Shown here one piece after another: positions 19,147 to 27,492 of a stretch of 64,000 nucleotides of DNA. Position 1 is the first letter of the stretch; every line of letters begins with the position of its first letter. The stretch lies in assembly GCA_029821875.1 (NCBI GenBank), contig JALGXW010000008.1, positions 108,713-172,712 of the forward strand, read 5' to 3'. The notes beneath the pieces were generated by a model. The model ran no database searches and had not been told where the DNA came from. It worked only from the letters and a program-made list of their open reading frames with translations. Both the position numbers and the translations under genes were made by a program. The stretch comes from Candidatus Hebobacterum abditum (GTDB lineage Bacteria; Armatimonadota; Hebobacteria; Hebobacterales; Hebobacteraceae).

Positions 19147-20082
19147 ATGAGCGCCGGCGCCGATAGCAAGGGCCTCGCAGATCTCCCCCTCGCCGAGATC
19201 ATGCGGCGGGCCTACCAGCGTCACGTCCTCGTGCCCGCCTTCAACATCGCCTACTTGCCTCAGGTCGAGCCGATCGCGCAGACGTTGAAGGAGCTGGACT
19301 GCTTCGCCTTGCTGGAGGTGGCGCGGCCGGACATCGAGCGCTTTGAGGCCACGGGCTACGCGGCCGTGGCCTGGGAGTACGAGAGGCAGGCCGATCCGGC
19401 CTACGTCCGTCTTCACCAGGACCATGTCCCCGTGATCGACGAGGAACAGAGGGAGGTGGACTGGCGGCCGCTGATCCAAGAGGCGCTCGACCTGGGCTAC
19501 GATTCGGTCATGCTCGACGGCTCGCGGCTGCCACTGGAGGACAACATCGCGGCCACCAAGTCAGTCGTCGAGATGGCGCACCCACAGGCCGCGGTGGAGG
19601 GCGAGTTGGGTGCGGTGCTCGGGCACGAGCCCGGCCCGCTGCCGCCCTATGAGGAGCTGTTCCACAGCGGGCGGGGCTTCACCGATGTGGAGGAGGCCGA
19701 TCGCTTCGTGCGGGAGACCGGGGCGGACTGGCTCTCCGTCGCCGTCGGTAACGTCCACGGCGCCATCAGCGGCGCCGCGAAGGACCGGGAGAAGGTGCAG
19801 GCGCGGCTGAACATCGAGCACCTGCGGGGGATCTCCGACCGAGTCGGCGTGCCGCTCGTGCTGCACGGTGGCACGGGCATTGAGTTGAGCTGCGTGCTGG
19901 AGGCCGTGGAGAACGGCATCACCAAGATCAACATCGCCACCGCCATCCGGCAGCCCTACGAGGCGCGCCTGCGGGAGGGCGCGGGCGTGGAATCGGCGCA
20001 GCAGGCCGTCGCCGCGGTCGTCGCGCAGCACATCGAGGACTACCGCATCGCCGGAAGCGCGGCGAGGCTGGCGGCCCCCTAG
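19147..20082 (+). CDS. Class II fructose-/tagatose-bisphosphate aldolase family protein
   Basis: HVLVPAFNIAYLPQVEPI..., DGSRLPLEDNIAATKSVVEMAH..., LVLHGGTGI... are hallmarks of class II (metal-dependent) ketose-bisphosphate aldolases. It probably forms an operon with the FGGY kinase. Confidence 0.75.
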   Translation: MSAGADSKGLADLPLAEIMRRAYQRHVLVPAFNIAYLPQVEPIAQTLKELDCFALLEVARPDIERFEATGYAAVAWEYERQADPAYVRLHQDHVPVIDEEQREVDWRPLIQEALDLGYDSVMLDGSRLPLEDNIAATKSVVEMAHPQAAVEGELGAVLGHEPGPLPPYEELFHSGRGFTDVEEADRFVRETGADWLSVAVGNVHGAISGAAKDREKVQARLNIEHLRGISDRVGVPLVLHGGTGIELSCVLEAVENGITKINIATAIRQPYEARLREGAGVESAQQAVAAVVAQHIEDYRIAGSAARLAAP

Positions 20083-20187
20083 ACACCGTCTCGTGGCTGT
20101 CCGGAGCAATGCTCTGCGCCGGTCTTGTCCCTCAAGAACGGCCCCAGTCGTGATGTTATGCAAACAGATGATCCTCAGGGATTTCCA

Positions 20188-20223
20188 CAGTCTGCCGGGC
20201 GATAGTGATCGCCCGGCAGACTG
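20188..20223. promoter_or_regulatory. Perfect 16-bp inverted repeat CAGTCTGCCGGGCGAT-AGTG-ATCGCCCGGCAGACTG
   Basis: Seen directly, 105 nt after the aldolase stop. No T-tract. It may be a terminator or a protein-binding palindrome at the left edge of the low-GC island. Confidence 0.5.
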
Positions 20224-20836
20224 GCAATCAGGCATGTCAGTGGACCTCCCAGGCTCCGCTGCGGCAGAGAACCGCTTCCATTCAGAACGAACCGAGCCGA
20301 CTTCGTGTCTGCCCACCGTACAACGTGACCCTTGCTCTTTCCGAAGCCCCGTGATGGCATAATACGGGCGATATGCTCAGTCATCGAGCCGTGCTCCGAG
20401 GGGGGGCTCTCGGGCGCCCACAGACCAGAGCGGAGGTCAGGCATGACGGCTGGCGGGTCCTGTTGTAACTCTCGCTTTCGCGCTCCAAGTGTGCGTTCCT
20501 CCTGCCGCAGCCCCAGCAGCAACGTCCGGTACCACCCAGCGTAGCCCCCGGTGTAGCGCCTGACTATTGGCATACTTTCCCGGTGTTTCTCCCGTGGTAT
20601 CTGAGCCAGGAGAGAGCAGAGAACGGGCCATGGGTCTTGTGCCCGCCTGTACCGAGGCTTGCATGCGGACGTTGGCTTCGTGCGGGGCCGATGGGTCGCG
20701 GCGCTGCTGTGCCTGGCCCCTTCTCTGCCGCGCGGCCGGAGGTCAGGGAGGAGAGAAGATTGGCGACACGGTCTCTCTGCGGTCTTCTTTCTCCGCAGTA
20801 GGTGTGCAATGGATCAAATGGCATGGAGGTGAAGTG

Positions 20837-21064
20837 ATGCGCGTATCAGATGTGACGTTGGGACAGATCATCAAGAAGCAGTTCGGCGAGGAGAACGGTG
20901 CGGAAATGCTTCGGGAACTGCAAGCGGCAGTTGACAAGAAGCTCCCGGCGGACCAACTAAGGGCGGAGGCAACTGCTCTCGCAAAGAAGCATCTGCCAGC
21001 AACGGCCTCGAGTGACACGGATGTGGTTAGTGGCGTATCCCGTATGCTCTTGGTAGCCGCATGA
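20837..21064 (+). CDS. Small ORF (75 aa) immediately upstream of the B12-radical SAM gene; possible precursor or partner peptide
   Basis: ATG at 20837 preceded by GGAGGTGAAG. Its codon usage (GC3 ~60%) matches the adjacent radical SAM gene and not the host (GC3 ~90%). It has no Cys. The same frame is open upstream back to an ATG at 20630, which would add a 7-Cys N-terminal region. Confidence 0.35.
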   Translation: MRVSDVTLGQIIKKQFGEENGAEMLRELQAAVDKKLPADQLRAEATALAKKHLPATASSDTDVVSGVSRMLLVAA

Positions 21065-21170
21065 TCGTGACATAGCTCTGCCGAGCGCTCATGAAGTGGC
21101 GGCCGCAGAGAGACCGCCTGCCACACAGACCAGCCGCCGTGGCCTCAGCCACGGCGCGAGGAAGCCGACG

Positions 21171-23411
21171 ATGAAACGGACGAAGACGCGAAGCGATATG
21201 GTGTTTGTCCTCCCGCCTTCGGATAAGTTTGCGCCACTTCCCAACAGAGGAGTGCTCGCCGACGCCCTCGGGTCAGGCTACATCATTGCGTTTCTGAGAG
21301 AGAACGGCTTCGAGGCGGAGCAGATACTGTCAGCCAAGCCACTAAATGTCTCCCAATGCGTCAGCCACATCATGGCCAGGCGGCCGAGGGTCGTTGGGTT
21401 CACAGTCTACCAGACCAACTACAGTCTGTGCTTGCTCCTTGCGAGAGAACTCAGAGAAGTTGCTCCAGATCTGACCATCGTGTTTGGGGGGCCAACTCCG
21501 AGCGTGCAGTCCGAGACGATCTTGGCAAGGAACGACTGCGTCGATGTCTGCGTGAGAAACGAAGGTGAAGAAACGACTCTTGAGCTTCTGCGCGCCCTTG
21601 AGAGCGCCAACTTCCGCCTGGAAGAGGCAGATCTATCACCCATCAAGGGTCTGACCTACAGGAGCGGAAACGAGGTGCAGGTGAATGAGGCTCGGCATAT
21701 CTACCTCAACAACAGGAGCACGCCGGGTTTCCTCGACCGCTATCCATCGCCTTATCTGACGGGGGTGTTCCACAATTCCGAGCCGGGCGTCGTAACGGCG
21801 AGGGGATGCAACCAGAATTGCACGTACTGCAGCTGCGCTGTTCTTTCGGGGCGCGCCTTCGTCACCCATTCCATCGAACGGGTCGTCGAAGAGCTGGACT
21901 CCATTGCCGGGATTATGGGCGACCGGGATGAACTCGTGATCGTATATGATGATGCCTTCACCCTATTGCCAGCAAGGGCGCGCTCAATATGCCAGAAGCT
22001 GATTGAGAGCAACGTCGACGTGCGCCTAGGATGTATCACCAGGTGTGACAGGGTTGATGAGGAGTTGCTGGACTTGATGAAGGAGGCCGGCTTTGTCTCC
22101 GTCGGATTCGCGCTCGAAAGCGCCACGCCTCGGGTCTTGCGGAACATAGGGAAGGTCACTCGGCCCGATTCCTCGACTGATCCTACGTTCCAGGCGGAGG
22201 AATCGTTCATCGAGGCCTTCAAGAGAAACCTTCAACACACCAGGAGAATCGGCCTGCATGTGTACGCGAGCGTGATGGTCGGATTGCCGGGCGAGAGCGA
22301 GGAAGAGGGCCAAGCGACCATAGATCTCATAGAATCGCTCGAGGTCCCCCAGTATTCACACAACGTGCTCCAGATCTTCCCTGGGACGCCGCTGTGCCAC
22401 GACCACCGAAGGTATGGCATCAGAACGGAGGTTGCTGCTGACGGGATCACGCTCACTACCAGGCATGCCTATGATCCCTACAAGCTGGGGCACGCGCCCA
22501 ACTCAAACCATGAGCAATGGATCAAGGGTCACCAGAGGTACGACACGAAGGCGTTGTCGCTGTCATTGGAGCCAAGGGGCGGCGCGGTCTTCTTCAACAA
22601 TCTCGTCCTCTCGTCCGATAGCTGGGACGAGGCACTCCCTGAGTGGCTGGAGAAGTACCTTTCGGTCAACGGGAGAGTCATCCAAGTGTTCAGCAGTCTG
22701 AGCTCGGCATCGGACTGGTGGTCTCGGCCGGAAGTGTCGAAGAGCCCCACGAAAGGCTTCGCAGATCTGCCGACAGGATCGTACGGGCCGTACTACAAGA
22801 CTGCGACCGAGGATGGAACTCCCTGCATTCGCCCCTGCGCTGCCCACGTCTGGGGATTGCGGTGCGAGTACCCAGTGTACTTCGTCGATTCGAAGAGACT
22901 GCCCTTGTTGAACGGCGAGGACGTGACTTCCTTGAACAGTGTGTTCGTCGAAGAGGAGAAGACAGACGCGAACACCTTGTTCGGTCTGCTGATGGAGCTT
23001 TCGAAGACAGAGACCCAGGAGGGCATTTCCGGATTGCCTGCGATTCCCTACTTGCGGGGCTTGTGCAGATGGGATACGCAGCCTCCCAATTGCGTCAGTC
23101 TCGAAACAGTGATAGTCGACGCCGAGGCCAATGTCAGGCCGTGTTGGCACGCCGAGCCCATCGGCAAGGTTGGCATGCCTTTCGACGAACTGCGCCAAAA
23201 CCTCCGTCGTTTACGCGGCAGGGCCGAAGAGGAGCGCGGGTGCAGGACCTGCGGGGAAAACGACACCTGCGTCAAATGTCCCTCGCCCGCTCCCCTATCG
23301 GACGAGGAGTACTGCAGACTGAGGGCCGGATATCCAGTCGAAGAGGCCGCTTCCACAGCCAGGAACCTGAAGATACTGGAAGAGTCTTTCCTGCCGTATA
23401 CGATGCTCTAG
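21171..23411 (+). CDS. B12-binding domain radical SAM protein with a long Cys-rich C-terminal (SPASM/twitch-like) extension
   Basis: The N-terminal cobalamin-binding Rossmann-like region (VVGFTVYQTNYSLCLLLARELREVAPDLTIVFGGPTPS) is followed by the radical SAM motif CNQNCTYC (CX3CX2C). A ~300-aa tail carries about 10 Cys including CRTCGENDTCVKC (CX2CX5CX2C). RBS GAGGAAG. Low GC relative to flanks. Confidence 0.75.
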   Translation: MKRTKTRSDMVFVLPPSDKFAPLPNRGVLADALGSGYIIAFLRENGFEAEQILSAKPLNVSQCVSHIMARRPRVVGFTVYQTNYSLCLLLARELREVAPDLTIVFGGPTPSVQSETILARNDCVDVCVRNEGEETTLELLRALESANFRLEEADLSPIKGLTYRSGNEVQVNEARHIYLNNRSTPGFLDRYPSPYLTGVFHNSEPGVVTARGCNQNCTYCSCAVLSGRAFVTHSIERVVEELDSIAGIMGDRDELVIVYDDAFTLLPARARSICQKLIESNVDVRLGCITRCDRVDEELLDLMKEAGFVSVGFALESATPRVLRNIGKVTRPDSSTDPTFQAEESFIEAFKRNLQHTRRIGLHVYASVMVGLPGESEEEGQATIDLIESLEVPQYSHNVLQIFPGTPLCHDHRRYGIRTEVAADGITLTTRHAYDPYKLGHAPNSNHEQWIKGHQRYDTKALSLSLEPRGGAVFFNNLVLSSDSWDEALPEWLEKYLSVNGRVIQVFSSLSSASDWWSRPEVSKSPTKGFADLPTGSYGPYYKTATEDGTPCIRPCAAHVWGLRCEYPVYFVDSKRLPLLNGEDVTSLNSVFVEEEKTDANTLFGLLMELSKTETQEGISGLPAIPYLRGLCRWDTQPPNCVSLETVIVDAEANVRPCWHAEPIGKVGMPFDELRQNLRRLRGRAEEERGCRTCGENDTCVKCPSPAPLSDEEYCRLRAGYPVEEAASTARNLKILEESFLPYTML

Positions 23412-23464
23412 GGAACGGAGCGGACCATAGGCAGCGTCACCTGATGGCAGGCCCCGGTTGACGG

Positions 23465-23489
23465 AAGCTGCGCTTGTCAGGCAGCTTCG
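23465..23489. terminator. Bidirectional hairpin GAAGCTGC-N9-GCAGCTTC between the convergent radical SAM and GH4 genes
   Basis: Seen directly in the 135-bp convergent intergenic region. Confidence 0.4.
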
Positions 23490-23546
23490 GGACACCGGGA
23501 GAAGCGCTAGCCGCGAACGCGCTCGCTGTCTAGTGCCGAAGCCGCG

Positions 23547-24992
23547 CTACGACGCCCACGCCTTGCGCACTTCCTCCACTGACTTCTCGGGGACGCGGAC
23601 GCCGTCGTAGTCTCGCGGCGGAATGCGGTCGGGTGAGGCGAGGCGCTTCTTCGCGTCGGCGATGGTCTGCTTGTACTGCGGCAGCAGCGCCTCCTGGGCG
23701 ACGAGCATCTCGTCCACCATCTGCCAGATCTCCGGCGGATTGCAGACCGCGGCCGTGAGCGGGTCCATCATCATCGCCTGGCGCAGCAGCATGTCGTCGC
23801 CCTGCACCGCCGCCTCCACGGCCAGCCGCTGTACGGTGACGCTCGCATTGCACACGGCCGCGCAGCCCATGGGCAGGTCGCCGACCTGGGGGATGTTCAT
23901 CCCGTTCGCGTCCACGTATCCGGGCACCTCGACGATGCAGTCGGCCGGGAGATTCGTGATGCAGTTGTTGTTCACCACATTGAAGTGACCCCGGTAGACG
24001 CGGCCGGTCTCCAGCCCCTCCATGATGTACGAGCCGTGCTCGCCGCCGCGGTCCTCCGGGGTGAAGGTCCAGGGATCGGCCTCCATCCACTTCGGGAAGT
24101 CGGTCTCGAACCAGTTGCGGCCCTCCCGGCACGCCCGTAGGTAGCCGCCCGTCTCGCCACCCATCCAGTAGCTCAGGTCGATCCAGTTCTTCAGGTCATC
24201 CAGGCGCTTGCGGTACCAGGGCAGGTATTCGCTGAGGTGGCCGTTGGACTCGGTGCTGTAGTAGCCGAAGCGGCGCAGCATGTCGATGCGGACCTTCTCC
24301 GACCTGCTCAGGCCCGGGTCTTTCTCGAAGGCTTCGAGGATCTTGCCGGTGAGGTCCTCGCCCTTGTGCTTGACGCTGATGTACCAGGTCTGGTGGTTGA
24401 TGCCCGCGCAGATGATGTCCACCTCTTCCTTCGGCAGGCCGAGCGCCTTCGCGATCTGCCCGTGGCCGCCCTGCACGCCGTGGCACAACCCCACGCAGCG
24501 GACCCCGCCGTACGTGTTGGCGGCCCAGGTGTTCATGGCGTTCGGGTTCGCGTAGTTGAGGAACCAGGCGTCGGGCGCGGCCACCTCGCGGATGTCCTTG
24601 CAGAAGTCGACGATCACCGGGATATTGCGCTGCCCGTACATGATCCCGCCGGGCGCGAGGGTGTCGCCGACACATTGATCCACCCCGTACTTCAACGGGA
24701 TGTCGATGTCGGTCTGGAATCCCTCCAGACCGCCGACCCGGACCACTGAGAAGACATACTTCGCGCCCGTGAGCGCCTCCCGGCGGTCGGTCGTGGCGGT
24801 GATCTTCGCCGGCAACCCGGCCGCCTCGATGTCGCGGCTGCACAGCTTGTACACCATGTCGAGGTTGCGCTCGTTGATGTCGGTGAACGCAAACTCTGTG
24901 TCCCTCAACTCAGGCACGCAGAGGATGTCGCGCACGATCTCCCGCGTGAAGCCGATGCTTCCCGCGCCGATGAAGGCTGCCTTAAGCGCCAT
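23547..24992 (-). CDS. Glycoside hydrolase family 4 (NAD+/Mn2+-dependent alpha-glucosidase/alpha-galactosidase-like)
   Basis: MALKAAFIGAGSIGFTR... (NAD-binding GxGS), catalytic Cys region GLCHGV and 481 aa length are typical of GH4. RBS GAGGAGG. Confidence 0.8.
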   Translation of the reverse strand: MALKAAFIGAGSIGFTREIVRDILCVPELRDTEFAFTDINERNLDMVYKLCSRDIEAAGLPAKITATTDRREALTGAKYVFSVVRVGGLEGFQTDIDIPLKYGVDQCVGDTLAPGGIMYGQRNIPVIVDFCKDIREVAAPDAWFLNYANPNAMNTWAANTYGGVRCVGLCHGVQGGHGQIAKALGLPKEEVDIICAGINHQTWYISVKHKGEDLTGKILEAFEKDPGLSRSEKVRIDMLRRFGYYSTESNGHLSEYLPWYRKRLDDLKNWIDLSYWMGGETGGYLRACREGRNWFETDFPKWMEADPWTFTPEDRGGEHGSYIMEGLETGRVYRGHFNVVNNNCITNLPADCIVEVPGYVDANGMNIPQVGDLPMGCAAVCNASVTVQRLAVEAAVQGDDMLLRQAMMMDPLTAAVCNPPEIWQMVDEMLVAQEALLPQYKQTIADAKKRLASPDRIPPRDYDGVRVPEKSVEEVRKAWAS

Positions 24993-25034
24993 AACTACCT
25001 CCTCAGGTTCTTTGCAGAAGACGCGCCGGGCGGC

Positions 25035-26468
25035 TCAATCGCCCGGCGTGGGCGGCGACGGCATTTCCACATCGAGCGACTTGCAGGCGTTCTCGAAGAT
25101 GCGGTCGAGCTCCTTCTGAGTGGCCGCGTCGATCTGATACTCGTAGCTCTCGATCGCCTCCCGGGCCTTGTCCAAGGCGAGCTGCTCGACGGTCGGCTCT
25201 CCCGCCGACCGCCACCGCCCGACATTGTCCCGGCGGAAGAGCGGCGAATCGAAGAAGTCCGGCAGCGCTTCGAGCGTAGTCGGATGGGTGAGGAAGTTCC
25301 CTTCCGGCACTCCCTCGGCCACGACCTTCGCTATCTCTTCTGCCGTGCCGCTCCACTTCATCCCATCGAGGATGTGCTGCACGTAGCGGCCGATCTCCAT
25401 GTCGATGATGAACTGCGCGGGGCTGAACACCTCGTCCATCGACAGCTGCCCGGCCCCCATGAAGAAGTGCCTGAACCCGGCCAGGCCGAGCATCAGCAGG
25501 TAGGCCGTGCGGTCGACCGCCGCCAGGGCGTCGGCGCGCTTGGCATTGGTGTCGAGGTATATCCAGTCGAGGCGGTAACCGGCGAAGTGCTCGCCGAGGT
25601 CCTGCAGGAGCTTCTGGATCATGACGTTCTCCGGCAGGCTGTAGGCCACGGTCAGGTCGCGCATGTCGCCGAAGTCCACTCGGATGGGAAGAAGCTGATC
25701 CGGGTACGTCAGCCCAAGGCGGTCGGCCACGATCCAGCCGGCCAGGCTCTCCGCGAGGCTCTGCGCCAGCAGGCCGGGCGCGGTGAGCGGCGCCGTCATC
25801 CCGCCCGTCGGAATGGGGCAGATGCTCGCACCAATGTCCAGCAGCGGATCGTCCTTGAACTTCCAGAACAGGTCGAGGGCAACGTAGTCGAGCGTCAGCG
25901 GGCTGATGACGAACTGAAATCCTACCTCGTAGCGCCTCCCGGCGGCCGCGTGGAGCTCGCCAATCCATCGTATCACGTCTGGCTCGTGGGTCACCATGGC
26001 CCCGCCGAGCCCGGCCGTCGTCTCCAGGCAGGCCTTCTCGAGCCACAGCACCTGGACGCGGTCGTCCACATCGTTGGGGTAGACTGGGGGCGGCCCCTCG
26101 TCGTCGAAACTGGCGACCAGCTTCAACATCTCGATCGCATCGGCCGCGGTAGAGGCGCGCACCTCATTCGTCTGCATGTCGATGATGTTGAAACAGGTCC
26201 AGGGCCCCGTGACCCTGATCCTCTCCTCCGGCTTCCGCTTGCGGCCGGCCGCCCGCAGCTTCTCGATCTCCGCCTCGACCACCTCCGGCGCGAACTTGAG
26301 CCGGCCGTCCGAGTAGCTGACGCCCTCCTCCGCGCTCACCGCGTCCGCGGTCGGCTCGTGCTTGCAGGCGATGCCGACATCGGCCAGGATCCGCAACACC
26401 GCGCCGTGGACCGTCTGGGTGTGATCGGCGCCGAGACCGCCGGACAACGAGAACTGTAGTCGCTCCAT
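25035..26468 (-). CDS. MttB-superfamily (trimethylamine/quaternary-amine methyltransferase-like) protein, non-pyrrolysine type
   Basis: About 478 aa TIM-barrel protein with the MttB-like architecture. There is no in-frame amber codon. No corrinoid-protein partner is present in the window. Start taken as ATG 26468 (GGAGG 6 nt upstream); a GTG at 26474 is also possible. Confidence 0.45.
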   Translation of the reverse strand: MERLQFSLSGGLGADHTQTVHGAVLRILADVGIACKHEPTADAVSAEEGVSYSDGRLKFAPEVVEAEIEKLRAAGRKRKPEERIRVTGPWTCFNIIDMQTNEVRASTAADAIEMLKLVASFDDEGPPPVYPNDVDDRVQVLWLEKACLETTAGLGGAMVTHEPDVIRWIGELHAAAGRRYEVGFQFVISPLTLDYVALDLFWKFKDDPLLDIGASICPIPTGGMTAPLTAPGLLAQSLAESLAGWIVADRLGLTYPDQLLPIRVDFGDMRDLTVAYSLPENVMIQKLLQDLGEHFAGYRLDWIYLDTNAKRADALAAVDRTAYLLMLGLAGFRHFFMGAGQLSMDEVFSPAQFIIDMEIGRYVQHILDGMKWSGTAEEIAKVVAEGVPEGNFLTHPTTLEALPDFFDSPLFRRDNVGRWRSAGEPTVEQLALDKAREAIESYEYQIDAATQKELDRIFENACKSLDVEMPSPPTPGD

Positions 26469-26684
26469 TAGCACCTCCGCCGACGCCCCTGTCGCCGTTC
26501 TCTCTACACTTGTGTTCTATTTGCGCAGCCAGCCAGTGTCACCTCTCCGGGGCTCGTCCGGCGCCGTCGGGGAGGACCCGTCGTCGCGTGAGGCTGTGGC
26601 AGACAGGAGGTGACAGCCTTCGCTTCCGGCCTGGCCGCCGCTTCGGCAGTGCAACTACTGAGGCAACGGGGCCGCGGGTCGCTC

Positions 26685-27287
26685 TCAGTCTCGGACGGTC
26701 GCGAGGTGGCGAGTGTCGTTGCGGCGGAGGATGCGGAAGGTGGAGCCAGATCCCTCCAGCTCCCAGATGCCGGTGTGGCTAATCGCGAGATCCTTCCCCA
26801 GAGAGGAGAGCATGTGGGGACAGAGCGTCGTGAGGATCACGTTGTTCGTGACACCGTGGGCGACGATGGCGATGTCGCCCACCTCCCGATCGCCGATATG
26901 GCGGGCGACCACGGGCCGGACTCGCACGGCGACCTCGTCCAGGCTCTCTCCCTCAGGAAGGCAGACATGGGTGCGGCCCTCCCGCCACTCGCCCTCGACT
27001 CGCTCCCACTCTCGCTGCTCCTCGTGTCCCCATCGCCAGAGCGTCCCCATCTCGATCTCCTTCAGCTCCGGCTCCACGACGAGGGGCGCGCCGACGGCCG
27101 CCGCGAGCGGCCGCGCCGTCTCCGCGGCCCGCTTCATCGCGGAGCAGAGGACGCGCTCCAGCGCGGAGTCTCTCAGGGCCTCGGCGAGACACGCCGCCTG
27201 CGCTCGGCCGGTCGCGCTCAGCGGCGGATCGCCACCCCAGTCGGGGCGAGGGTCGGGCTCGGCATGGCGGATGAGGAGCAGTCGCAT
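26685..27287 (-). CDS. Histidine phosphatase (phosphoglycerate mutase-like) family protein
   Basis: N-terminal LLLIRHAEPD (RHG-type motif) and AIVAHG later in the protein. 200 aa. RBS GGGGGAAG. Confidence 0.7.
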   Translation of the reverse strand: MRLLLIRHAEPDPRPDWGGDPPLSATGRAQAACLAEALRDSALERVLCSAMKRAAETARPLAAAVGAPLVVEPELKEIEMGTLWRWGHEEQREWERVEGEWREGRTHVCLPEGESLDEVAVRVRPVVARHIGDREVGDIAIVAHGVTNNVILTTLCPHMLSSLGKDLAISHTGIWELEGSGSTFRILRRNDTRHLATVRD

Positions 27288-27347
27288 GCCGTCCCGCTTC
27301 CCCCGTCGATCGGCCAGCTCCTCTTCGCCCTGCTACGGAAGACATTC

Positions 27348-27371
27348 GGGCAGGAGGCAAGTGCCTGCCCC
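27348..27371. repeat. Family A hairpin variant GGGCAGGAGGCAAGTGCCTGCCCC
   Basis: Shares the GGGCAGG / CCTGCCC arms with the copies at 38147, 45153, 46247, 58436 and 61958. Confidence 0.4.
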
Positions 27372-27425
27372 ACGGGATCGCGGACTTCGGCAGCACGTCG
27401 CCGAAGCGACCAGAAGCGCCTAGAG

Positions 27426-27470
27426 GCAAGACACTCCTGGTCGCCTTCCATGCGCGTTCCCGACGTGCTT
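27426..27470 (+). repeat. About 45-bp direct repeat, left copy (AAGACACTCCTGGTCGCCTTCCATGCGCGTTCCCGACGTGCTTGT), bracketing the FAD-oxidase gene
   Basis: Its partner at 29096-29140 (AAGACACTCCTCCTGGATTTCTACGCGTTCCTAGCGTGCTTGT) shares about 80% identity. Confidence 0.55.
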
Positions 27471-27492
27471 GTCTGCGGGCGTGCGCTGTCGG

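Noticed and set aside
20093-20830. Several 60-130-aa ORFs on both strands in the 750-bp gap before the radical SAM gene
   Set aside because: They overlap each other, lack Shine-Dalgarno sequences and have no recognisable domains. Only the 20837 start has an RBS. The region is reported as a finding rather than as genes.
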